From NCBI GenBank assembly GCA_002734085.1, contig NVXV01000001.1:159783-223782 (forward strand): a stretch of DNA of 64,000 nt. Direction: 5' to 3'. Below the pieces are notes generated by a model. The model did no database searches. It worked only from the letters and a program-made list of their open reading frames with translations, and was not told the origin of the DNA. This DNA is from Fluviicola sp. GTDB taxonomy: Bacteria; Bacteroidota; Bacteroidia; Flavobacteriales_D; Crocinitomicaceae. Below, in pieces: positions 18,916 through 28,583 of the stretch (position 1 is its first letter; each line of letters begins with the position of its first letter). Both the position numbers and the translations under genes were made by a program.

Positions 18916-19903
18916 AAACTAAAAACAGCAATCCATAACTCAGAAAGGAGACTGGTTTATAGGGTGGTTCTCGTTTTATCGTCTCATCCACCATTTTTGT
19001 TGTTTCCATTTTTTCAATTTCCTTGTAGATTTCACGTAGTGAAGACTTATCTTTTGCTCTGAAATATGCGCCATTTGTTGCATCAGCAATTTGCTTTAAC
19101 ACTTTCTCATCAATACTTACTCGAGTGTTTTGAACGATGGTTCCAAAGACTGTGTTCACCGGCATTGACGCATATCCTTCTTTTCCGACACCAATAGTGT
19201 AGACTGTAATATTTTTGTTCTTTGCCAATTCAGCAGCTTCAAGTGGTGAAATTTCACCCTTGTTTGATTCTCCATCTGTAAGTAGAATAATTACTTTTGA
19301 TTTTAAACTATCACTTCTTAGTCGTGCAACTGCAGTTCCTAATCCGGTACCTATAGCGGTTCCTGGCTCCAGATATCCTGGCTCCACATTGTCAATTGCT
19401 GTTTTTAAATAACTGTGATTTCGGGTTGTTGGACAAGCTGTGTAAGCTTCACCTTCGTATACGACAAGACCGATTCGATCACCTTTTCTACCATCAATAA
19501 ACTCTTTTGCCACTTCTTTTGCGGCTTCTAATCTGTTGGGAAGAAAATCAGTCGCCATCATACTCCCTGAAATATCCATGGATAAAATAATATCAATTCC
19601 TTCCCCGTATTCTTCTTGATTGTCGTCAGAGTAAGGTAAAGAAGGTAATGCCAATGCCATGATTAAAAAAGCCGAGCCTAAACCAATCAAAACATATATT
19701 GCCAATATCACATATCTAATTGGTGAAAATGAAATTGCTTTTAATTCCGCTACAGGACGAGAGAATTTATGTGTTCCCAACGACTTTTTTCTTGATTGAT
19801 ATCGAAAAAAAAGCAGCACAGGAATAATCAACAACAACCATAACCAGTGTGGTGACGCGAAGTTATACTCCCAAAATCGAATATGTGCAAATACGCTACT
19901 CAT
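18872..19903 (-). CDS. batA: BatA-like von Willebrand factor A membrane protein
   Basis: IILSMDISGSM (DxSxS MIDAS), VIILLTDGESNKG, and N- and C-terminal TM segments. Confidence 0.8.
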   Translation of the reverse strand: MSSVFAHIRFWEYNFASPHWLWLLLIIPVLLFFRYQSRKKSLGTHKFSRPVAELKAISFSPIRYVILAIYVLIGLGSAFLIMALALPSLPYSDDNQEEYGEGIDIILSMDISGSMMATDFLPNRLEAAKEVAKEFIDGRKGDRIGLVVYEGEAYTACPTTRNHSYLKTAIDNVEPGYLEPGTAIGTGLGTAVARLRSDSLKSKVIILLTDGESNKGEISPLEAAELAKNKNITVYTIGVGKEGYASMPVNTVFGTIVQNTRVSIDEKVLKQIADATNGAYFRAKDKSSLREIYKEIEKMETTKMVDETIKREPPYKPVSFLSYGLLFLVFGFAIEQFLYKNNA

Positions 19904-20852
19904 CTTCTGTTGTTAATTCTAGATCTGCTATTTCATTTACTACTCTTCTTGCTTCATTAGTAACCGCAAAAACTTCAGATACTGGTGGAGCAGAACGAGC
20001 AAACTTTACCATGTCTGATTTGGTAAGTATCATTGTGACTAGTTTGATTGTTGACTTTTCTAATCCTTTTGTTGCAAGTAAATGTTCTATTTCACCTGTT
20101 GTTTTATCCAACATTCTCATCTTATAATGCTTTGCCAAGAAACTTCTAAGCAATAGCGATAAATCAAAATAAAACTCTTTTAAATCTACTTCGTAACTTT
20201 TGCTTTTTTCCAAAGCATCAATCTCTTTTAAAGTCTTCTCCCTCAAGCTAAGTTGAACTTTTGGTTTCTTATGTCTCCCCTTAATTCTAGCATAAATTAC
20301 CAAAACAATCAAAATCAGGACTATCAAAATCCACCACCAGTGTTTCATTAAGAATGCTTTCAATCCCGCTTCATCAGATGACAGGGATGTAAAATCCTCA
20401 TTGATATCATAAATCTCTTTACTCGGATCAGCTTGGGGACTAGTGATTTGAATTAATCCCGGTGGAAAGTAATGCATACTATCATCTAAATACACCTTTT
20501 CTGGAGGTAAAACCACATATGCACTGTCCCAACCAACAAGTTTGTATTTGCCTTTCCAAATAAACTCACCTCCCTCCTGAAAACTCGTATCGAAAAACAT
20601 TCCTTGAATCTCCAATTCATATTCTTCGTTTACAACACTTGACTGGTCTTTGGTGGTTTCCTTACCATAAAATATTGGATGATTTGGATTGTATCCCACT
20701 GAGTCGATGGGTTGATCTGAAACGATTGAAAAGGTAGCAATAAACGGCTCTCCAATCTGTACTTCTGGTTTGTCAATAACAAGATTGAGTTCTTGACCAT
20801 TCACTTGAAAAGCAAGAGTAATAAAAGCGATATGTATCAATAGCCACCTCAT
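19896..20852 (-). CDS. Bat-operon-associated single-pass membrane protein, function unknown
   Basis: Signal peptide and a central TM (WWWILIVLILIVLVIYA). It is translationally coupled on both sides (a 4-nt overlap and an 8-nt overlap). Confidence 0.45.
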   Translation of the reverse strand: MRWLLIHIAFITLAFQVNGQELNLVIDKPEVQIGEPFIATFSIVSDQPIDSVGYNPNHPIFYGKETTKDQSSVVNEEYELEIQGMFFDTSFQEGGEFIWKGKYKLVGWDSAYVVLPPEKVYLDDSMHYFPPGLIQITSPQADPSKEIYDINEDFTSLSSDEAGLKAFLMKHWWWILIVLILIVLVIYARIKGRHKKPKVQLSLREKTLKEIDALEKSKSYEVDLKEFYFDLSLLLRSFLAKHYKMRMLDKTTGEIEHLLATKGLEKSTIKLVTMILTKSDMVKFARSAPPVSEVFAVTNEARRVVNEIADLELTTEDE

Positions 20853-21721
20853 CTTCCCCTACTCAAAAATAAATTGTTTAATTCCACAAGATATTTACCT
20901 TCTGTTGAAAGCGTGGCATAATCGACACCTGATTTTCTAAAACTCGTATTTAGTTTTTCTTCAAAGCTCTCGTATCGTTTTTTATATTTTTCTCTTACAA
21001 AACGTGCACCTGTATTCACCCATTTTGTGACCCCTTTCTCTGCATCATACATTTGAATAAGCCCCATTTTTGGCAAGTTCTTCTCCGACGGATCGTAAAG
21101 CCTCAATGCAACAACATCATGTTTTTTATTGGCAATTTTCAATCCTTCCATAAAATCATTTGAGTCATAGAAGTCACTTACTACAAAGCAAATGCTCCGT
21201 TTTTTAATAACGTTTCGAAAATATTTTAGTCCTTGACTAATATCTGTTCCTTTTCCTTTTGGCTCAAAGTCAATTAAATCTCTTAAAATCATTAACGCAT
21301 GCGCTCTCCCTTTTTTGGGAGGAATATATTTTTCCATTTGGTCAGAAACAAAAACAGCTCCCACTTTATCATTATTCATCACTGCTGAGAAAGCTAAAAC
21401 GGCAGCGACTTCCAACATAAGTTCTTTCTTGGATTTCTTCTTTGTACCATAATCACTTGACCCTGAAATATCGAGAATTAGAATAACGGTAAGTTCCCTT
21501 TCCTCTTCAAATATTTTGACAAAAGGCTCATTGAATCGAGCTGTTACATTCCAATCAATATTTCTTACATCATCTCCAAATTGATAATTTTTAACTTCGG
21601 AAAATGCCATTCCCTTCCCTTTAAACGCAGAGTGATATTCCCCTGAGAAAACTTGTTTTGTAAGTCCTCGGGTTTTAATCTCAATCTCTCGAACTTTTTT
21701 AAGAAGGTCTTTGGTGTTCAT
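20849..21721 (-). CDS. DUF58 (VWA-like) protein, MoxR partner
   Basis: YQFGDDVRNIDWNVTARFNEPFVKIFEEERELTVILILDISGS is the characteristic DUF58 signature. The gene lies directly downstream of moxR. Confidence 0.8.
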   Translation of the reverse strand: MNTKDLLKKVREIEIKTRGLTKQVFSGEYHSAFKGKGMAFSEVKNYQFGDDVRNIDWNVTARFNEPFVKIFEEERELTVILILDISGSSDYGTKKKSKKELMLEVAAVLAFSAVMNNDKVGAVFVSDQMEKYIPPKKGRAHALMILRDLIDFEPKGKGTDISQGLKYFRNVIKKRSICFVVSDFYDSNDFMEGLKIANKKHDVVALRLYDPSEKNLPKMGLIQMYDAEKGVTKWVNTGARFVREKYKKRYESFEEKLNTSFRKSGVDYATLSTEGKYLVELNNLFLSRGR

Positions 21722-21733
21722 ATATTGCTTCTG

Positions 21734-22756
21734 TTAAGGTACTTCTACTCGACTTAATATTTTGTTCACAATATCAGTAGCGTCAATACCTTCTGCCTCT
21801 GCTTCATAAGTCAAACCAAGACGATGTTGCATCACATCTGGAGCGATTGCACGAACATCTTCTGGAATAACATAAGCCCTTCCATTCAAAAATGCGTTTG
21901 CTTTTCCTGCGAGTGCCAAATTAATACTTGCTCGAGGTGAAGCTCCAAAAGAAATCAAAGGTTCCAAGTTACCCAAGTCATATTTCTTTGGCTCTCTTGT
22001 AGCGAATACAATATCAATAATATATTTTTCTATTTTTTCATCCAGATAAATTTCACGAACCATTTCCCGTAAACGAAGCATATCTTCTGGTTTAGTAACC
22101 TGTGTTGCTTTCGCTAATCCTTCTTTTCGAACATTGCTTCGTAGAATTAACATTTCTTCTTGCTGAGAAGGATATCCTAATTTTACCTTCAACATAAATC
22201 GATCGACTTGTGCTTCTGGTAAAGGATAAGTGCCTTCTTGTTCAATTGGGTTTTGCGTTGCTAAAACAAGAAATGGTTTTGGCAACATAAATGTTTCATC
22301 ACCTATTGTAACCTGACGTTCCTGCATTGCTTCTAACAAAGCTGATTGTACTTTCGCAGGAGCACGATTGATCTCATCGGCCAAAATAAAATTAGCGAAG
22401 ATGGGGCCTTTCGTTACAGAGAATGCCTGAGTCTTTTGATTATAAATCATTGTACCCGTAACATCGGCAGGTAGTAAATCTGGAGTAAATTGAATACGAC
22501 TAAACTCACCGCCAATCACTTTTGACAACGTATTAATTGCAAGCGTTTTCGCCAATCCAGGCACACCTTCCAATAATATATGACCATCTGCTAAAAGCGC
22601 AATGAGTAGGCGTTCCATCATTCGATCTTGACCAACGATGACCTTTGACAATTCTTTGCGCATCAGATCCAGCAAGGGAGTTTCGTTTTGAATCTTCTCA
22701 GACAATTGTCTAATACTTTCAGCTGGAGTTAATTCTTCCGATTTATTTTCTTCCAT
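21734..22756 (-). CDS. moxR: MoxR-family AAA+ ATPase
   Basis: Walker A LLEGVPGLAKT, Walker B FILADEINRAPAKVQSALLEAMQE, and FLVLATQNPIEQEGTYPLPEAQVDRF. Confidence 0.9.
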   Translation of the reverse strand: MEENKSEELTPAESIRQLSEKIQNETPLLDLMRKELSKVIVGQDRMMERLLIALLADGHILLEGVPGLAKTLAINTLSKVIGGEFSRIQFTPDLLPADVTGTMIYNQKTQAFSVTKGPIFANFILADEINRAPAKVQSALLEAMQERQVTIGDETFMLPKPFLVLATQNPIEQEGTYPLPEAQVDRFMLKVKLGYPSQQEEMLILRSNVRKEGLAKATQVTKPEDMLRLREMVREIYLDEKIEKYIIDIVFATREPKKYDLGNLEPLISFGASPRASINLALAGKANAFLNGRAYVIPEDVRAIAPDVMQHRLGLTYEAEAEGIDATDIVNKILSRVEVP

Positions 22757-23040
22757 AGTGTGATGTCTATTTACTACAAATATGCCTAATGATAAGGCTA
22801 TGCAGTTGTTTAGACGTGTTAATTTATGTTAAGCTACTCATTGTCAGTAGTTATTAGGTTGGTAAGGATTCATCTATTAATTTAACGTTAATCTCTACCA
22901 AAAAAAATGTTTCACTTCTTTTGTTTGGTTTATAGTCATTTATATACCTTTGATTTCTGTATTTTCATAATTCTAAGATTATGTTAAATAATATTTTGTT
23001 ATATTCATCGTGAATTAACTGAGATGCCAAGATCAAAATT

Positions 23041-23415
23041 ATGGAGAACGAACCTAAAGAACGTGCGTGTTTAGAATGTGGAACACCCTTAAACGGCAGA
23101 AAAGATCAAAAGTTCTGCTGTGATTATTGCAGAAATACCTTTAACAACAGGCAAAATGAAGACGCTAATAATTACATGCGTCGCATCAACAACATTCTCA
23201 GAAAAAACCGCCGTATTCTAGACGAATTAAACCCTAAAGGAAAGAAGACTGTTGACGCCATGGTCTTGGCTGAAGAGGGGTTTAACTTTCATTATTTTAC
23301 AAACATCTACACTACTAAAAAAGGAAGTCAATATGTATTCTGCTATGACCAGGGATATTTAAAAATGGATGGTGAACAGTATATGTTGGTGCATAAGCAG
23401 GATTATGTGAAGTGA
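23041..23415 (+). CDS. small zinc-ribbon protein, function unknown
   Basis: CLECGTPLNGRKDQKFCCDYCRNTF gives CxxC...CxxC. Confidence 0.45.
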   Translation: MENEPKERACLECGTPLNGRKDQKFCCDYCRNTFNNRQNEDANNYMRRINNILRKNRRILDELNPKGKKTVDAMVLAEEGFNFHYFTNIYTTKKGSQYVFCYDQGYLKMDGEQYMLVHKQDYVK

Positions 23416-23541
23416 TTCTGTTTTTCAATTATTACTTTAAGTATGAAAGTATGATTGGCGGCTGTTGCACAAAGAACTCTGAGGAACTCAAAGTTACACA
23501 GAGGGTGTTTTTGATCAATATGGGTTTCTTGTTCTATAGAC

Positions 23542-23585
23542 GGTTCTCTCGGTACAATGCTCCTATCGTCGCATCACTCGAGCAC
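23542..23585 (-). repeat. intergenic hairpin repeat module, copy 1 (flanks TCGAGTG / TGTACCGAGAGAACC on the minus strand)
   Basis: The plus strand reads GGTTCTCTCGGTACAATGCTCCTATCGTCGCATCACTCGAGCACC. The inner stem is ATGC/GCAT. It is inverted relative to copy 2. Confidence 0.55.
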
Positions 23586-23639
23586 CTTTATTTCTAATTT
23601 CATATTAGCATAAAAAGAAGAACCGTAAATGTGAAGTGA

Positions 23640-23690
23640 TCGAGTGTTTTGTTTGAAGTAAAACGAAAAACAAAATGTATCGAGAGAACC
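23640..23690 (+). repeat. intergenic hairpin repeat module, copy 2
   Basis: TCGAGTGTTTTGTTTGAAGTAAAACGAAAAACAAAATGTATCGAGAGAACC, with an 8-bp stem TTTTGTTT/AAACAAAA and a 13-nt loop. Confidence 0.55.
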
Positions 23691-23717
23691 GAAAGATTTA
23701 ACCAGAATACAAGCTCT

Positions 23718-26120
23718 CTACTTCAAAAATTGATACTGAATAGTAACATATCCATTAATACCGTCGGAAGGTAAAATTCCTGGTCCTGGGTAACCTGTTG
23801 CTCTTCTGGTAAAGTATTTTTGGTTTGTGAAGTTGTTTACACCAAATTCGATTTGAAAATGCTTTTCAAATTTATACCTTCCCGAAAAATCAAAAATGTG
23901 ATAGGAAGGAACTATTCCTATTACAGCATCACCTGAAGGCTCAATAGCGTTAGAAGCATCTGAAAACTGTTCTGAATTATAGCTGAACTGAATTTTCCAG
24001 CTCCAGTTTTTGTACTCAACATTTAATCCGGTCTTCACCATTATCTCACTTACATACTCTACTTTATTATCTATATAGTTGGGTTCTTTTGAAGAAATAT
24101 AATTGGCATCAATGTATGAAGTGTTTACAAAAGTTTTTACTGACCATATTTTGGAATTTGAAATGAGTTTAGCCCAATCCACTTCCATAAATACTTCCAG
24201 ACCGTAATTCTGAGCATCTCCAATATTTGTTCTTTCCTTTTTGATTGACATAGGTTTTGGTGCTAGTCCAATTTTATCTCCGTAGAAAATATAAAATGCT
24301 GACACATCGTATATGAAATAGTCCTTTTCTATCCCCCTCCAGCCGAGTTCAGCGGTGAAACCGTATTCATCTCGAATATTGGTATCGATTTCTATATTTG
24401 GATTATTTACTCGAATATCAGAAAAATTTATCGCTCGATAATTCTGCGTGAAATTCGTGTAGATAGTAGACTGCTCCTTTACTTTAAAAGAGGTTCCAAA
24501 ACCAAACAAAGGAACCTGGCGCTCAATCCTGTTCTCGTCTTCAATAACATAAGTTTGAAGTGTATCATTATTAATAGGATGAATGCTGTATCTCTTATAG
24601 AAACCATCAGACCCACTTGAAATTCTTTCAAATCTTACTCCTGCATTTATCTTCCACTTGTCGCCGAAATAAATAATATTCTCCAAAAATAAAGACTGAT
24701 TATTCGAAGGGTAGGAGAAAGATGATGTTTCCAAATCGTTTGGGTTTAAAAAAGTGAAGTCTGCGTCATTTCCATAAGACGCACTTCCTTGATCAGTTTG
24801 TGTCTTTCCTTGATAATACCTGCCCCCCGCAACGAATGCGCCTTTTACTTTATCTGAGAAATTGTATTTTTTCAAGTATCGTAATTCTACCCCCACATTT
24901 TTGAAATCAGAATATATCATTTCTCGAGGACCACCTTGATCGGTTTGAGTGACTTTTCCCAGAAAACCAAGTGACTTCCGATTAGAAATCATTCCAAACG
25001 ATCTTAAGTTCAATTTTCCGAATTTTTTTAAATCATAATCTGAAGTGACCGCTAATAAATTCCAATCGACACTGAACCAGTTTCTATCTCTTACACTTTG
25101 TTGCGGGTCTTCTTCAAAGGCTAAGTCCGTTAAACCACCAGCTTGTCTCGCCAGATAATTCATGCGTGTATATTCGATACCAACTGTCCAGTTCTCATTT
25201 AAATAATAACCTATTTCAGCAAATAATTGATGCTGGTAAAACCTACTGTTTTCCCGGTAACCGTCACCTCTTTTGTATTGATGATAGACTTGATAGTAAA
25301 ACCTTTTATTCGTTCCAGAAACGCGATTGAAAGTACTGAAATATCCATAGCCTCCAGCCGTATTTCTAGTTGTAAACTCAAAAGGAGAATGCGTAACTGG
25401 ATCTTTTATGACGAAGTTTAATAGTCCACCGAATTGCGTTCCAAATTGAAGGGCTGCTGAACCTCTTAGGATTTCAATACTTTCAAGTGCTTCAATTGGT
25501 GGAGTATAATAACTTTCCGGATAACCCAAAGCGTCTGCACTTATATCATATCCATTCTGTCGCGTATTAAAATTTGCTGTTCTTTTTGGGCTCAATCCTC
25601 TACCGCCAATTCCCATTTGAATTCCAGCACCATCATTTTCCCAGATATTTATTCCAGGTATTTTTGCAAATACTTCTCTTGGGTTTCCAGTTGATTTTGC
25701 TCCACTTAAATTCTCTAGTTCAATAATTGAATTTGTTCCATTATTTAGTCTGACCCCCTTTATAGCTGGCATAAAACCAACATCAAAATTCGCCATTCTT
25801 TTTTTAATCACTTGAACTTCCCCTACCTCTTGCGTTTTATAACTCATATTAATCACAATTGGATCTCTGTTTTGGATTACGAAATCAGTAGTTTCAAATA
25901 ATGTTAAAGAACATCTCAAAGTATCCCCTACGCTACCTTTTATTTGAAACTTTCCGTTTAGTGATGAACGCGTAATTTTTCCATTGGATACGTTTTCAAC
26001 TTTTACGCTGGGGATTGTTTCATTATCAGTGTCTTTGATAACGCCATTAACCATGTTTTGCTGAGACCAACAAATCGACATAGAAAAAATGAATAATATG
26101 TTAACTAATCTACTTATCAT
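23718..26120 (-). CDS. TonB-dependent outer-membrane receptor with N-terminal carboxypeptidase-regulatory-like domain
   Basis: 800 aa with a signal peptide, a CarbopepD_reg-like start (VNGVIKDTDNETIPSVKVEN), a plug region (IEILRGSAALQFG) and a beta-barrel ending ...YVTIQYQFLK. Confidence 0.85.
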   Translation of the reverse strand: MISRLVNILFIFSMSICWSQQNMVNGVIKDTDNETIPSVKVENVSNGKITRSSLNGKFQIKGSVGDTLRCSLTLFETTDFVIQNRDPIVINMSYKTQEVGEVQVIKKRMANFDVGFMPAIKGVRLNNGTNSIIELENLSGAKSTGNPREVFAKIPGINIWENDGAGIQMGIGGRGLSPKRTANFNTRQNGYDISADALGYPESYYTPPIEALESIEILRGSAALQFGTQFGGLLNFVIKDPVTHSPFEFTTRNTAGGYGYFSTFNRVSGTNKRFYYQVYHQYKRGDGYRENSRFYQHQLFAEIGYYLNENWTVGIEYTRMNYLARQAGGLTDLAFEEDPQQSVRDRNWFSVDWNLLAVTSDYDLKKFGKLNLRSFGMISNRKSLGFLGKVTQTDQGGPREMIYSDFKNVGVELRYLKKYNFSDKVKGAFVAGGRYYQGKTQTDQGSASYGNDADFTFLNPNDLETSSFSYPSNNQSLFLENIIYFGDKWKINAGVRFERISSGSDGFYKRYSIHPINNDTLQTYVIEDENRIERQVPLFGFGTSFKVKEQSTIYTNFTQNYRAINFSDIRVNNPNIEIDTNIRDEYGFTAELGWRGIEKDYFIYDVSAFYIFYGDKIGLAPKPMSIKKERTNIGDAQNYGLEVFMEVDWAKLISNSKIWSVKTFVNTSYIDANYISSKEPNYIDNKVEYVSEIMVKTGLNVEYKNWSWKIQFSYNSEQFSDASNAIEPSGDAVIGIVPSYHIFDFSGRYKFEKHFQIEFGVNNFTNQKYFTRRATGYPGPGILPSDGINGYVTIQYQFLK

Positions 26121-27510
26121 GGTATGGTTCGATCCAATTTCTGTGGTATAAATTGTATTTTTTCTGAGTTAAGTCGTGACGTTTATCAACAAATAATTTC
26201 GAAGGTCTACCATTCAAACTTACATATATTTCTGCATGGATTGCTGGGTTTTCTATCTTAAACTTCTGTTCACCGTAATGCAATGTCTTCCCATCAAATT
26301 GTTCGGCTAAATAACTTGCATATTGCAAAATCATATCGGGTTGTGTCGCCATCTGATCTTCTTGAGTTCGCGTTAAATAATTTGCATTGTTAATTTCAGA
26401 AGTTCTCCCCGTTTTTCGATCTTTCATGTAAAAAACAGCATGTCCTTCTTTGTGCATTAGCATTACTCGCCACGAGAATCTAAACCCTTCCTCATTCCAA
26501 TATAAGTGCCCTGGATAAAGGATATACCTCATAGGAACCAGTAACTGAATTAATACGTAAGTTGTGATAAGTCCGGTTTTTAATCCTTTTGGAAGAAGCT
26601 GCTTTTTATGTTTAATCACTCTAGAATTCTTCTTTTCTTTTGATCCAAACATCTTTTTCAATCGAAACAGTATTTTTTGGTGGAAACCTTCACTAAAAAA
26701 AATGAGGGTTGAAAAAATCATTACCCACGGAAATACGCCAATTGGGAAAAGTAACCATGTTGTAATGTGAAATATTATAACAGCTAAATAAGCAAGCATT
26801 CTGGTTTTACGCATCATCAAAAAGAAAACAATAAACAAGTCGTAAATACACCCGAACCAGCTAAAAACATAAGCTGTTACTTCATTTCTTAAAATGTCTC
26901 CAACAAGTGGTCTTGTATGGTGTGCATGAAGCCAAGTTTTGAGTGGTTCGGCGCGTACCAGCCAGTCATAATTAATTTTTGCCAATCCAGCGAAAATATA
27001 AACTACTGCTAATTGAAACTTAAGAATTCCGATGGTCCAAGCGGCAGTTGTTTTTTGTTTTATACTTGGTTTCAAAAGCACATCTAAAGAAAAATCTCTA
27101 TTTGCAGGCAGGAAGATTAGTAAAAAACTCATTAGACTAACAAAGTAATAATGATTTAAATAGTTCGACTTATCTAATAGTTCGACGTAAGTAAAAGAAA
27201 GGAAAAATGTAAATGCTGCAACTCGATAACCTAACCCAAAAACAATAAGTAAGGAAGATATAATCATCAAAATAAAGGGTAAATACATCCAATTTCCGGG
27301 GAGTGTGTGAACCCATTCAAAGCCTAAATAACCAAAATAAAACTCAGGATCAATATAAAGTGATTTCACCCATCCTTTAGACACAAATCTCACAGAGCCA
27401 TACAAGAGCAAAGCCCCAAAAATTATTCTGAAAATAATTAGAGGGGCTATAGAAACTCTTTTAAACAGAGCCCTTGATATGATGCTTTTTAGACTTTTAG
27501 TCGCCGTCAT
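26110..27510 (-). CDS. HTTM-domain (vitamin-K-dependent gamma-carboxylase-like) integral membrane protein
   Basis: 466 aa. The N-terminal half is polytopic (SIAPLIIFRIIFGALLLYGSVRF...) and the soluble C-terminal half fits the HTTM family architecture. The gene overlaps both neighbours. Confidence 0.65.
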   Translation of the reverse strand: MTATKSLKSIISRALFKRVSIAPLIIFRIIFGALLLYGSVRFVSKGWVKSLYIDPEFYFGYLGFEWVHTLPGNWMYLPFILMIISSLLIVFGLGYRVAAFTFFLSFTYVELLDKSNYLNHYYFVSLMSFLLIFLPANRDFSLDVLLKPSIKQKTTAAWTIGILKFQLAVVYIFAGLAKINYDWLVRAEPLKTWLHAHHTRPLVGDILRNEVTAYVFSWFGCIYDLFIVFFLMMRKTRMLAYLAVIIFHITTWLLFPIGVFPWVMIFSTLIFFSEGFHQKILFRLKKMFGSKEKKNSRVIKHKKQLLPKGLKTGLITTYVLIQLLVPMRYILYPGHLYWNEEGFRFSWRVMLMHKEGHAVFYMKDRKTGRTSEINNANYLTRTQEDQMATQPDMILQYASYLAEQFDGKTLHYGEQKFKIENPAIHAEIYVSLNGRPSKLFVDKRHDLTQKKYNLYHRNWIEPYHDK

Positions 27511-28579
27511 TATCTTGGTAAGTAATCAACACACCAAACGCTGAAGTCATATCAGTTTTGATGTATACTACGTGACTTTGCAACAATAAATATAATTCGT
27601 TTAAACCTGATATATTTGTATCCAATGCTTCTTCAAATGTAGTGTTGAATGTCTGCACTTTGCTTATCATTTCCCCGAAACTGGAATCGATTGTGTTATC
27701 CAAAGTACTTCTTTCGAGGTGTACTAAATAATCATCCAATCCAATTCCTACAGTACTTCCTGAAAAACTATCACCATTATATACTTTACGCAAAGCTATT
27801 AAGCTTGCCTCTAAAAGCTCCAATGAGATTCCGCTGTATCTTGCCTCGATGTACTCTGGTAATGGTACGTCTAAACTTTGCTTTCCAAGTGGAATACCAA
27901 CTTTTGCCGTTTTTGCCAACTCAAAGTCGCGGTTAAATTCATTGATAAAGTATGAAAATGCTGAAGTTGATGAAGTACCTGTAGATTCATTAAATGTTGA
28001 TTGATAAGATGACCATTCTGATTTTACCGTATTCGATTCAGAAAGCATTTTGTTAATTACATCCTCAACATAATTCACACAATTCGGATTATTTTGAAGA
28101 GAGTCTAAAGCACCCTTTCTATAAAGTAAATAATCTAATGCTGGCAATCCAATTGCATCCAAGTTTGCTGCCGTAGATAACGAATAAGAACCTGAAGAAA
28201 TATTATTTTGAATGTCAGTAGTGTCAATCGGATAAGTCGCAATTGCACCTTTCATTCCAATATTTCGAATAGGACCAAAATCAAAGATTTTTACGGTTTG
28301 CCATGTAATATACGCCTGTTTCCAACTGTTTCTCAACAAATCTAAATTCTGTTGAGAAACATCTGCTTTAAAAGCCATTAAATTTGATTCCAATTGACTT
28401 AAATTATTATCGAACTCATTAATCGATGGAACAATAATATTTGCTGACATGTTGGCTGCCATTGTATTCTTGTCAAATTCTTCTTGCGGTTCTTCCTCCT
28501 CTTTTTTACAAGAATTAAAAAGTATCCCCAAAAAAATCGCGATCAAAACTGTATATGAAACAGACGTATATAACTTCAT
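27497..28579 (-). CDS. imelysin-like (peptidase M75 fold) lipoprotein
   Basis: Lipoprotein signal (LGILFNSC). The helical protein carries WKQAYITWQTVKIFDFGP and DAIGLPALDYLLY, typical of imelysin/IrpA-like proteins in TonB-receptor operons. Confidence 0.55.
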   Translation of the reverse strand: MKLYTSVSYTVLIAIFLGILFNSCKKEEEEPQEEFDKNTMAANMSANIIVPSINEFDNNLSQLESNLMAFKADVSQQNLDLLRNSWKQAYITWQTVKIFDFGPIRNIGMKGAIATYPIDTTDIQNNISSGSYSLSTAANLDAIGLPALDYLLYRKGALDSLQNNPNCVNYVEDVINKMLSESNTVKSEWSSYQSTFNESTGTSSTSAFSYFINEFNRDFELAKTAKVGIPLGKQSLDVPLPEYIEARYSGISLELLEASLIALRKVYNGDSFSGSTVGIGLDDYLVHLERSTLDNTIDSSFGEMISKVQTFNTTFEEALDTNISGLNELYLLLQSHVVYIKTDMTSAFGVLITYQDNDGD

Positions 28580-28583
28580 ATTT

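Noticed and set aside
22945-22952. TACCTTTG as a Bacteroidota -7 promoter box (TAnnTTTG) upstream of the zinc-ribbon gene
   Set aside because: A single 8-mer match in AT-rich DNA is plausible but not sufficient to call a promoter without transcription-start data.
23412-23597. 61-aa ORF downstream of the zinc-ribbon gene
   Set aside because: It coincides with the inverted-repeat element, the sequence looks non-protein-like, and the related copies at 38.4 and 42.5 kb do not keep a common reading frame.
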